Source: Octopus sinensis (taxonomy: Eukaryota). From it: DNA of 64,000 bases. This document shows, one piece after another, positions 1 to 12,139 of this stretch. Under the pieces are notes generated by a model. It made no database searches. It saw only the letters and a program-made list of their open reading frames with translations, and was not told the DNA's origin. Position 1 is the stretch's first letter; each line of letters opens with the position of its first letter. A program made the position numbers and the translations under genes. Location of the stretch: positions 37,200,001-37,264,000 of the forward strand of contig NC_043007.1 of NCBI RefSeq assembly GCF_006345805.1, read 5' to 3'.

Positions 1-25
1 AAATCAGGTGTAGTGTTGGCGAATC

Positions 26-540
26 TCAGGAAGTTTTGAAGGATGCAGTGCTCCAACAACTAACAACTAATGCCGGCAGTTTGTTCCATGCTTCAGCAAC
101 TCTTAGCGTAAAAAAAACGTTTCCAAAAGTCATGGGAGCTGTGCTTTTTTCTGATTTTGTAAACATGTCCACGGGTGTTAGACAGGTGGAGTTTGAAAAG
201 TTGCTCAAAGTTATTGTTAGTAAATAGTTAATAATTTTATGGGTGTCTGCCAAATCAGCTGCCAGATGTCAGAGTTTCAATGTATCCATACCCAGGGAAG
301 TAAGGTGTTCAGAATATGGCAAATGCCTGATGGATGGTATTCTCTTGGTGGCACATCGCTGAACGGTTTCCAGATGATTATTATCCTGGGCAAGGTAGGG
401 GTTCCAGACCGGTGATGCAAATTCCAGGTGAGGCTGCACCATAGCTATATAGAGCCTCAGATAGATAGCTGGAGAGCAGCTCATAAAGGACTTGGTTTTG
501 TTGGAACTCCCAGAATCTTGCATGAGTAGTGGGCTTGCTA
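26..540 (-). mobile_element. CR1/L2-type LINE 3' fragment (reverse transcriptase C-terminus), degenerate
   Basis: LYIAMVQPHLEFASPVWNPY...LETVQRCATKRIP...LPYSE and FTLRVAEAWNKLP are classic CR1 RT C-terminal motifs, here split by frameshifts. Confidence 0.85.
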
Positions 541-1179
541 CTTGCAGCCTATAGTACTATGCTATTTGTACTCTTTGTTGTGTTCTTGAGCAAAACACTT
601 TATTTCACGTTGCTCTAGTTCACTCAGCTGTGGAAATGAGTTGGCAATTGTGAGCTCTGGGCACTCTTCTTCACAGTGGATAAAGTATGACTGTGATCTT
701 AGAGTCTTCAGCTGAAGTGAGACAAGGATGTGGAGTTTTCCCTTTTGTGTGTGTGTATGTATATATACATATATATACTGGATGGGTCAAAAGTCACGCA
801 CAAAATAAGTTCAATACACTCTGGAATTGTGAAAGACATGCTTCAATTTTTCTAGAACTCAATAAAATAAATAACAATGAACACACACACACTTGTACAT
901 GACAAACAAAATGAATAATAATGTAAATGTAAATTAAAATGTCAAATGTTTTGTGCATGACTTTGGCCCACCCTGCAATATACAATTAACTGTTAAAACA
1001 TAATTAGCTATAAATCCGTTTGCGTATCATGCCATAATTACATGAAACATTATTCATTCAGCCTGGTCTTTTTGAAAAAGTCTTCTTCCATTACAGAAGA
1101 AAGGACACACACGCATAGACACATGCATGCATACACACACAAATGCACACATGTATATAAATATATATATATATATATA

Positions 1180-1420
1180 TAGGATAAATGTAAAAAAACA
1201 CAAACTGGGACAAGAACACAAAACATTTAGAAGACGATACAAAAAAACGGACGAGACATTCAAAGCCTTCGATCTTCAGTCAAAAACCAGATCATCTTCG
1301 CAATTTTGGCTGATTAATTTTGAGATTGCTCCGACCTGGCCAGCCCCAAAGGAAAATCTAAGCCAAGCGCATTAGATTCCTTGGAAGAAAGCCTCGAATG
1401 TATACAAAACAAGGACGGGA
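1180..1420 (-). repeat. Interspersed repeat, probable Penelope-like terminal sequence (inverted partner at about 8140..8390)
   Basis: About 240 bp homologous to the reverse complement of 8140..8390. Both copies contain CTGAAGA followed by a degenerate GAAT. Confidence 0.55.
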
Positions 1421-1589
1421 ACGAATAAGAATACAAAAATACGTAAAAATAATAATAACACGAATAAGAATACGAAAATACGTAAAAACAATAATGATAA
1501 TAATAATAACAAAAACAGGACGTTACAGACAGGTGTCTTTTCGACAGGATGGGTGAACTTGAGCTGGCGCATTGAAAAATATATATATT

Positions 1590-1838
1590 GACTGGCTTCC
1601 GTGCCGGTGGCACGTAAAAAGCACCAATCCGATCGTGGCCATTGCCAGCCTCGTCTGGCACGTAAAAAGCACCCATTACACTCAAGGAGTGGTTGGCGTT
1701 AGGAAGGGTATCCAGCTGTAGAAACATTGCCAGATCAGACTGGAGCCTGGTGCAGCCTTCTGGCTTCTCAGATCCCGGTCGAACCGTCCAATCCATGCTA
1801 GCATGGAGAATGGACGTTAAACGATGATGATGATGATA
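1590..1838 (+). mobile_element. SINE-like family V (GGAAGGGCATCCAGCTGTA core, (GAT)n tail)
   Basis: Copies at about 12520-12930(-), 14420-14731(+), 24030-24570(+), 45420-45792(+), 51215-51600(-), 57107-57295(-) and 63430-63725(+). The core resembles the V-SINE domain (from memory, not verified); the tail is RTE-like. Confidence 0.75.
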
Positions 1839-1840
1839 TA

Positions 1841-2030
1841 AAGATATTTTGTATTTTACAAGATTATTTACGTATATTTATTACTTTATCTAATTAATTA
1901 TTTTAAGATATTTCATATTTTACAATATTATTTACGTATATATATTAATTTATCTAATTAATTATATTAAGATATTTCATATTTTACAAGATTATCTATG
2001 AATATTTATTAATTTATCTAATTAATTATT
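1841..2030. repeat. AT-rich minisatellite, about 62-64-bp unit x3
   Basis: aagatattt...attttacaagattat...ttatctaattaattat occurs three times. Confidence 0.7.
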
Positions 2031-2481
2031 TTATTGTTGTTATCTTTATCTTGAAGAGTGGCTATATTTATATTGAAGTGATTTTACTACTACTACTATT
2101 ATTATTACTATTATCATTTCTTAAATATAGCCACGAAACACGTGTCGTTATTCTACCAAATATATACGTTTTATTTATTATTTTGCATATTACTTAATCA
2201 TCGTTATATGTTTTATCTTATATTTAATCTTTCTATATCATGTAATTTTTCTAAATGGCATAATTTAATTTTTCATTATTGAATTGATAAAAGGTGTTTT
2301 TTTCTAATTTATCATCATCATCATCATCGTTTAACGTCCACTTTCCATGCTAGCATGGGATATATATATATGTATATATATATATTATATTTTGTGAAAT
2401 TTGATTTAGTATTTCTAAATTGAATTTTTCCCTGTAAGTTTGGAATGATATTCCCTCATATTATTATTATTATATTATTAT

Positions 2482-2520
<39 letters not shown>

Positions 2521-2589
2521 TATTCATTGATACACACATGGGAACATACCAATAACAGGTGCCAATACCAAGATTCCTTTGTGAAGTAA

Positions 2590-2656
2590 TCACCAAATGA
2601 AGGGAATGGCAATCTTCCTGGTCTTTGGATAGTTGTCCAATTTCTGCAAATAAAAC
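2590..2656 (-). CDS. SRD5A1: SRD5A1 exon 5 (coding part, 67 nt)
   Basis: Acceptor tgttttccag|G. Encodes [21 protein letters not shown], then stop TGA at 2592..2590. Typical SRD5A C-terminus (YPKxRKxxIPF). Confidence 0.95.
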
Positions 2657-3029
2657 CTGGAAAACAAATAAAGTTAATATATTGGTAGAGAGCCTGTAGC
2701 AAAAATAAACATTCCAACTATATTTTTGATATTATTATGTAAGAAAAAATTGCAGCATTTAGTTACAGCTCTTTATGTTGTTGTTTCAAATTCAGTCGAA
2801 GTCAGCTTTACCTTTTGTTCTGGGGTACATAAATTAATGTATCAATCACATACTGAAGTCAATATAATCAACTGTTACTCTGCCATAGATATATTTCTGT
2901 GCCTTATGCCTATCTTAGAAATTATTATTATTATTCAGTAGTTTTATTTTTATAGCTTGCTTTCACTTCACTACCGAGCGCAGTTTTGTGTGCCTTGGGT
3001 ATGTGTTGTTTGTTTGCTGCATTATCAAT

Positions 3030-3062
<33 letters not shown>

Positions 3063-5052
3063 CATACAGAAAATTACCCTACTGGGCACTGCACACATCC
3101 TACGCAAAACACTTTCAATACAGTAACCATCAGAGCATCACAACAAAACACAATACATCTGATAAGAGTACATCAGGCACATGCATTACAACCATATGTG
3201 CACAACATGGTGATCTCATATCACAGGGCTGGTGGAGCCCTGTGAGAATTTTCTTCTGGTCGTATAGCCAGTCCTACTCAAAAGGTCCCTGAATAGGGGT
3301 TGTTTAAGGATGTTGAACAAAACACCCATGTTTCCAGAAGTGAATTATTCAAATCCCAAAGAATTCCTCTCAACACATGGCCATAATGTTCCCCCATTAC
3401 TTCTGCTCATAATCAGAGATGTACATATTATCAGCCACTAAGAGACATGCTCAACTGGTTACGGTCAAGCAACTGACAAACAGCTCTGTGGTATTGAGCA
3501 GAATATTTGCTTTAGCCCATCTTTTATACCAATACAAAACATGTACATGACAACACTTTGAATCAGTTAAGATGAGAAGCCATGAGAGCCAGTGCCTGGT
3601 ACTGCATCAGGACATTTATTATTATTATTATTCAGTTCAAATTCAGCTGGGGTTGACTTTGCCTTTCATCCTTTCCTGGCTTCTATAGCGTACATGATCC
3701 CCCCCAGCTGGACGGGACGCCAGTCCATCACAGCGTTACTCAAGAAACAGGAAGAGAGAGTGAGAGAAAGTTGGGGCGAAAGAGTACAACAGGGGTCACC
3801 ACCACCCCCTGCAGGAGCCTCGTGGAGCTTTAGGTGTTTTTGCTCAATAAACACACACATCGCCCAGTCTGGGAATCAAAACTGCGATCCTCCGACCGTG
3901 AGTGCGCTGCCCTAACCACTGGGCCATTGCGCCTCCGATGTATGGACTAGTGTCTGAAATGTCAAGTCTTTTTTTCCTTTGTTTTAATTGCTAATGTTAA
4001 AAACTTGTCCCACCCATGTTGTCTTTTTAGTTTTTTTAGCTTATTGCCTTCTTAATATGTATGTAGGTATGTATACATGCATGCAGATAAACAAAGTAAC
4101 CCTTTTGTTACCAACCCGGCTGAAACTGGCTCTGGCTCTGTAGTACAAATGTCTTGTTTTCATAAGTTTTGAATTAAAATCTTCCACCAAACCTTAGTCA
4201 CAATTTATGTTCCTAACAATAGTATAATGATAACTAAGATATTTTACTAAATTCTTTGTTATATTTAAAATAATTGAAAGAAACACAGAGCATCTCAAAA
4301 TAAATACAGTAATGAAAGGGTTAAATATATATATATATATATAACAGCCATTCTTTACCCCATAAGGACATTGGAATCTAGGTTTGAATCATTTGAGTAC
4401 TACTATCTTGTATACTAAGAATCTCTGGATCTCATCTGTTGAATATGTATGTATAAAGCCAAAACAAGGCAAGTTATAAGAAATGACACAGGATACCCTT
4501 TCTCACACCAACCACTTTACAGACTTCACTGAGTGTTTTCTTTTTATGTGGTACCAAGTAACTCAACTGAGAAGGAAGAAGTAGAATTGAAGGAGGTGAC
4601 CTTATGCCAGGTGATGAGATGTTAAGATATATGTTGTATGGGGATTTGGATGCTTACGCCAGTTGCAGGAGAAGAGGGATAGTGGTGAAGAGGTGTTAAG
4701 TTACTGGAAGATGAATTAGGGGAATTGGAAATGGTTAGGTAACTAAGCTTGCAGGAAGTGTGAGAGGTGAGTGGAAGATGGGTAGAGGGAAATACAGTGA
4801 GTGGTGAAAATGGGTGGAAGCATAATCCAAAGCTTGGTTGATTTTCAAGAAACAGTTTTGCTTTTCTCAGAACTTTTGACTGACGTCAGTCAAAGAATTT
4901 TGTGTGCAGTTGTTGAATGACATGATTGGTTAGATTTTCATAACGTCATCACTCAATTAGCAAGATCCTGATTTGCTGTTTACTAAAACCTAATATATAT
5001 ATATATGCATATATATGGGTGTATGTGTGTTTATATATATGTAAATATATAC

Positions 5053-5089
<37 letters not shown>

Positions 5090-5137
5090 TGTGTGTGTGT
5101 GTGTGTGCATATATATATATACACATGTGTGTGTGTG

Positions 5138-5203
<66 letters not shown>

Positions 5204-5530
5204 CTCTTTTACACTTTTACACCGCCTAGTACTTATGCTATCAGTTACGTTTTGCTGAACCTCTAAGTAACAGGGACATAAACACACCACCATCGAATGT
5301 CAAGTGATGTTGGGGGGGGACAAACACAGACTCACAAACACACACATACATACACATATATATAAACGATGGGCTTCTTTCAGTTTCCGTCTACCAAATC
5401 CACTCACAAGGCTTTGGTTGGCCTGAGGCTATAGTAGAAGACACCTGCCCAAGGTGCCACGCAGTGGCACTGAACCTGGCACTATGTGGTTGGTAAGCAA
5501 GCTACTTACCACACAGTCACTCCTGCCCCA

Positions 5531-5575
<45 letters not shown>

Positions 5576-6254
5576 GTGTGTGTGTATATGTATATATATG
5601 TATACACATATATATACATGTATATATACATATATATATACACACACACATATATATATATATTTGTGTATATATATATATATATTTTATATTTTATATT
5701 TTATATTTTATATTTTACATTTTTATATTTTTATATTTATATGTATATGGTTATATAATATTTTTCACAATTATAACAAATTTAATTTAATTCTCTGAAG
5801 GGGCCGTGGGCATCCTTGTTAATGCCTCATTTATACCTGCCTTTATGGCTTAGAGGTTAAATGAGGTATGACTGCCCTCACTGCCGAAACAGCTGTCAGT
5901 TTTGATTTAATTGCATATTATATTTGAAATTTTTTACTTATATCTCTTTATCTTTTTACTATTACTGTATATCTCATTTTGTATAATGCCTTTACTCATA
6001 TGTAATGGTGTATTAAAGTATTGATTGGGTATCATCGGATAGTTGATGTTTTATTGATTTAAGTATGTTTCTCCATTCTCTAATTTTGTAGTATTAATTT
6101 ACGGTAATATTATTACCTTTACCCATATAATACAATAGATGAACTGATTGTTTGACAATTTTTAACATCTATGTATTAATCTTGTTGGGTACCTATCTGG
6201 CAGTATATTGGATATATATTATCCCATGGTGGGTTGAATTTTCAACCCCTATCT

Positions 6255-6292
<38 letters not shown>

Positions 6293-8062
6293 TCGCTTTC
6301 CATGCTGGCATGGGTTGGATGGTTTGACTGAGGGTTAGCGAGCCAGAGGGCGTGTGTGTATGTGCGTGTGTGTGTGTGTATATATACACACGCATATATA
6401 CGTGAAGGCGCATGGCTCAATGGTGAGAGTGTTGAGCTTACAATCATGAGGTTGTGAGTTTGATTCCCTGACCGGGTTGTGTGTTGTGTTCTTGAGCAAG
6501 ACACTTTATTTCATGTTGCTCCAGTTCTCTCAGCTGTAGAAATGAGTTGCAATGTCACAGGTGCCAAGCTGTATCATCCTTTGCCTTTCCCTTGGATAAC
6601 ATTGGCGCTCAGAGAGGGGAGGCTGGAATGCATGGTTACTGCTGGTCTTCCATAAACAACCTTGCCTGGACTTGTGCCTGGGAGGGTAACTTTCTAGGTG
6701 CAATATGATGGTCATTCATGACCAAAGTGGGGACACCTATACATATGTGTATATGTGTGTGTGTGTATATATACACACGCATATATACGTGAAGGCGCAT
6801 GGCTCAATGGTGAGAGTGTTGAGCTTACAATCATGAGGTTGTGAGTTTGATTCCCTGACCGGGTTGTGTGTTGTGTTCTTGAGCAAGACACTTTATTTCA
6901 TGTTGCTCCAGTTCTCTCAGCTGTAGAAATGAGTTGCAATGTCACAGGTGCCAAGCTGTATCATCCTTTGCCTTTCCCTTGGATAACATTGGCGGCTCAG
7001 AGAGGGGAGGCTGGAATGCATGGTTACTGCTGGTCTTCCATAAACAACCTTGCCTGGACTTGTGCCTGGGAGGGTAACTTTCTAGGTGCAATATGATGGT
7101 CATTCATGACCAAAGTGGGGACACCTATACATATGTGTATATGTGTGTGTGTGTATATACAGGGTGTCCCAAAAGTCACTGCCAGGTTTCAATTTTTAAT
7201 AACTTCCTTAACGTTACAAATAAATGCATGAAATTTTGATACAACATAAAGAACATGATGGAAATTACTATGCACAAGTCAAATTTTGCAACACCACTAC
7301 ATTACTTATGAAAAATGATACTGCTTAAATGGCAGCCATTTCCAGCTTCACACACCCATGCACTTTCCAAAACTTGCAGCATAACACCTTCAAGAGTTTC
7401 AGCTCCTACTTCTCTGATTTCTCTATTGATGTTCTCCTTCAGTTGCACCAGGGTCTGCAGTTTGTTGACAGAAGCCCTCTCCTTCAGGTATTCCCACAAG
7501 AAAAAATCCGGGCTAGTCAAGTCTGGGGTGTGGGAAGGCCAGTTGACATTGCCATAGTGGGAGATTATTCTCTCTCCAAAGCACTGCTGTAGCAACTGCA
7601 TTGTTTCTCTTGCAGTATGAGCAGTTACCCCATCTTGCTTGAACCATGTGTGAAGTCTACTTTGAATAGTCAGGCGCAAAAAGGTCTCAGTCATGATACC
7701 TGAAAGAGAGGGTTTATGTCAACAAACTGGAGACCCTGGTGCAACTGAAGAACATCAATAGAAAAATCAGAGAAGTGGGGTCTGAAACTCTTGAGGGTGT
7801 TATGGTGCAGGTATTGGAAAGAGCACGGGCATGCGAAACTGAAAATGGCTGCCATTTAAGTGATGTCATTTTTCACATGTAATGTAAAATTTCAGTGGTG
7901 TTGCAAAATTTGACTTGTGCATATTAATTTCCATTATGTCCTTTATATTGTGTCAACATTTCATGCATTTATTTGTAAAGTTAAGGAAGTTACTAAAAAT
8001 TGAAATCCATCGGTGTCTTTTGGGACACCCTGTAGATATATATATATATGTGTGTGAATATA

Positions 8063-8095
<33 letters not shown>

Positions 8096-8381
8096 TGTAT
8101 TTATATTCGTATTATATATATATTTTTTTTTGTACTTATATTCGTGTAACATCGTCCGTTTTTCTGTCCTTGTTTCGTACACATTCAATCCTTTTTCCAA
8201 GGAATCTAATGCTCTTAGCTTAGTTTTTCCTTGGGGCTGGCCAGATTGGAGTAATCTCAAGATTAATCAGCCGAAATTGCGAGGATGATCCGGTTCTTGA
8301 CTGAAGATTAAAGACTTCGAATGACTCATCTGTGTTTTTTGTATTGTCTATTTGGATGTTTTGCGTTCTTGTCCCATTTTG

Positions 8382-8428
<47 letters not shown>

Positions 8429-8773
8429 GGCTGTGTGGTAAGTAACTTGCTTACCAACCACATGGTTTCGGGTTCAGTCCCACTGCATGACACCTCGGGC
8501 GAGTGTCTTCTACTATAGCCTCGGGCCAACCAAAGCCTTGTGAGTGGATTTGGTAGACGGAAACTGAAAGAAGCCCATCATATATATATATATATATTTA
8601 TTATTATATATATATGTATGTATGGCAGTACATATTCTAAAATTGGAATAATACAAAGAAGATAATCATGGCCCTGAGCAAGGATGACATACAAATTCGT
8701 ATATTTTTACAAAGACGGTGCCCTAGTATGACTGCAGCTTTTAAGCTGAAACATTTTAAAGAATTTAAAGAAA

Positions 8774-8835
<62 letters not shown>

Positions 8836-11800
8836 CACACACAAGCATGCTTGCACATACACACACACACACATGCATGCATACATGCATACATACATAC
8901 ATACATACATGCATACATACATAGTGATAGACAATTACTGCAAGAGTAAAGGAGATGCTTTAGGTTGTAATAATTACAGAGATATCAAATTACTGAACCA
9001 GATTTTGAAAATTACAGAGTGAATTATAGCCCAACTAATTAGGAACAGAATTAGATTAAATGAGATGCAATTTAGTTTTATCTTTGGAAGAAGTACTACT
9101 GAAGCCATTTTATTGATAAGACAACTGCAGATGAAGAATCTATCTAAAAATGAGTCACTGAACTTGGTATTTGTTTATCTGAAGAAAGCCTTCTTCCGGG
9201 TGCACTGTTCTCTGATCTGGTGGCCTCTTAGGAAGCTAGGGGTAAACAAATGGTTTGTTAAAGTTATATAAGCCATGTTCAAGTAAGGTGAGAGTTAGCC
9301 ATGAGTACTGTGATGAATTTAGAGCTCAGGTAGGAGTACCACAGCTTGGTTCTCAGACTCCTATTCATCATTTTCCTTCAGGCTTTGACAGAGGAATGTA
9401 AGAATAGCTACCCTTGAGAACTACTATATGCTGATCTCATTCTCATAGCAGGATCTGTAATAGATTAGAAAAAAAAAATCCAAGCCTTAAAGTAAACTTA
9501 ACAATGACCGAAGTTCTAGTAAACAGGAAAACAGGTAAGACTTCAGTAAATGGGATCTTTTCAGTTTGAATGGCAGTTTTTAACATAATTTCTAGGTAAC
9601 TAAAACTGGTAGAATGTGTTTATAAAACATCTTTTTCTCTTGGCTTTATTGAGAAAATTCTATAGTTTGTAAGATATTTGTTGTTTTTTTTCTTCAATTT
9701 CTGCAATCTCAACCAATCACTGACGTCTATTGAGGTAAAAAAACATTCTGTGCTGTATGAATATGTTCCTCATTTAAGAAACAGATTGGGTTTATTTACA
9801 TTTGTGAAGAAAAAAAGATGCCCTTCTCCCCACCCCTAACCCTAAAACAGATTGAAATGCAATAGATCGATACTAGGGTCATAATTATGGGTGACAATTT
9901 CATATGACGCTGCTAGAAAAAACTGCCGTTCAAACCAAAGGGCAGGAATTCCATATGGTGTAACTAGTGCAAGCTATGGACATACAATAAATACAGTGGA
10001 TTCAAAGAAGATTAATGGAAAAATTAGTGTTTGTATGTGGAAGACACACAGGAACAATAAACACTAAAAACACATGGGAAATAAATTTTCTCAAATGTCC
10101 TGAAGGCTCCCTATTGTTTGTGGATAGTTTCTGTTATGTAGGTGATTTGATTAGCAGTGGAGGAGGATGTTCTGAAAGTATAGTTGCTAGAATATGAATA
10201 GAATGGAAAAAGTTCAAAGAGCTATTATCTCTGTTGGCAATAAAAGGTCTCTCTCTCCCAGAGTAAAAGGCAGAATGTGTATGAATGACAATGATACATA
10301 GTAACAAAACATGAGCTTTGAATACAGAGGATATATGAAGGCTTGAAAGAAACAAAGCTTAGCGTGCTCCACTGGATATGCTATGTCAGTGTAAATATAT
10401 GACTAAGTTCTTTCCTCCTCGAGCCATCTCTGGCTCATAAGGGCTGGTTTCCCGGTCCGTCGCAGGTGAGCTGCAAGATGCAGGAGGAAAGAGTGAGAGA
10501 AAGTTGTGGCAAAAGAGTCAGCAGACGTTCGCCATCATCTTCTGCCGGAGCCGCATGGAGCTTAGGTGTTTCGCTCATAAACACACATATCGCCCAGTCT
10601 GAAATTCGAACCCACGATCCCTCAACCACGAGCCCACTACTCTAACCACTTGGCCATGTGCCTCCACATATGACAAAGTGTATATGTGTTAAGAGAAAAA
10701 TTGGGCACAAGAGGAATCAGATATCATGTGCAAGAGAGAAGACTACATTGATATGGTCATGTGTGCATCTAGATAAGGAGAGTTGTGTAAAGAAGTGTGA
10801 ATCACTAAATGTGAATGAAATCTGTGAAAGAGGGAGTCCCAGAAAGACATGGGATGAAGTAGTGAACAAGGATTTCCAGATGCTAAACCTCCCTGAAGAG
10901 ATGTAAAGGACTGGGATGATTAGTGATTTGCAGTGCTTGAGAAGTCCATCCAGGCAAAAACAAGCCCCAAGCCCTTAAAAGTATATCATTTATGCCTATG
11001 CTCCTGCATCCAATCTGTCTACGATGAATCTCTCTCTCTCTCTCTCTCCCCATGACTCACCTTCCTAACATCTTCTCTTTCCACAACTCATCTTCCTAAC
11101 ACCATCCCCTCCTACAACACTCCTTACCATCACCCATCTGACTACGGCACAATTTACTCAGCTGCTAAAATTACAAGAGTAGAACAGCACATATTTCATC
11201 TCCCTACTTTTCACCCTTCCTAAAAACACTTTTTTTTCTCATGCATGCTCAGTATCATCCCATGCCACCTTATTTTTCCACGAAACACCCTTTCCACCCC
11301 ACCCCCCTTTTCTCTGTACAAGCCCTCATTTTACCAATGGCACCCAACCTCCCTGTTACCTGAATTCATCATCTCCCACTATTTACACCTTTATGTACCT
11401 CTCCCTGGCATTGTGCAGCTTTCTCATAACCCACACTACGGATACACAAACACACCCACACACACATATACTTCCCATCATCTTTGCTGCCACCTCCCAG
11501 ATTCACACCAACTTCCTCTACTTTTCTCTCCAAAGGACATTCCCAACTGAACCCCCACCACCACCATGTTCACCACTTACTGCATCTCCTTCAGTTCAAC
11601 ATCTCTATTCTTCTGCTTCTCTCATTTTACACTCATACAAACTTATCCATATCTCTTATATTCATGTTCTTGTAACTTGAGGGTGCATCCTGAAAGATTT
11701 TCACTACCATCCTCTTTTATTCCCTACTGTGGTAACCTATATATCACTCCTACAGCATGACACCTGTTCCTATCCCTCTATCTTACTTTAATTTCTCATC

Positions 11801-12103
11801 ATCAGGAATAAAGCTACTGCCCTCAATACTACACGCCCTGTCAGTTGAGGAAGGGCTTGTGCTGCAAATTACTTGGTGACCTCACTAGTTCTGCTGCTGT
11901 GTAAAAAGCACCCAACACACTCTGTAAAGTATTTGGTGTTAGAAAGAATATCCAGCCACAGAAATAATGTCAAAATCATATCAAAGTAGTGGAGTTCAGT
12001 GCACTCATCTGGCTTTCCACATCCTACTGAACCATTCAATCCATGCCAGCAAAGAAAAACATGTTAAATGGTGATGATGATATACATTTCTCTCTCTCTC
12101 ACT

Positions 12104-12139
<36 letters not shown>

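Noticed and set aside
1314-1796. Recurrent ORFs such as [17 protein letters not shown]...[10 protein letters not shown] and [17 protein letters not shown]...
   Set aside because: Chance frames of high-copy SINE families V and A. The same peptides recur at each copy with random stops.
2170-2179. AATAAA candidates about 415 nt after the SRD5A1 stop
   Set aside because: The hexamer is frequent by chance in this AT-rich DNA, so it is not assignable without 3' end reads.
2484-2717. ORF-track 77-aa minus ORF over SRD5A1 exon 5
   Set aside because: Wrong frame; the true exon reads [14 protein letters not shown] in another frame fixed by the exon 4 phase.
6402-6480. tRNA-like cloverleaf fragments here and at 14085, 20199, 20351 and 35725
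   Set aside because: They have pol III A/B boxes but no complete acceptor stem and continue into SINE bodies, so they are SINE heads rather than tRNA genes.
8295-8330. CTGAAGA-containing hammerhead candidates at 8301(+) and 1273(-)
   Set aside because: Both copies have GAAT instead of GAAA and no clean helix II/III register, so they cannot be supported as ribozymes.
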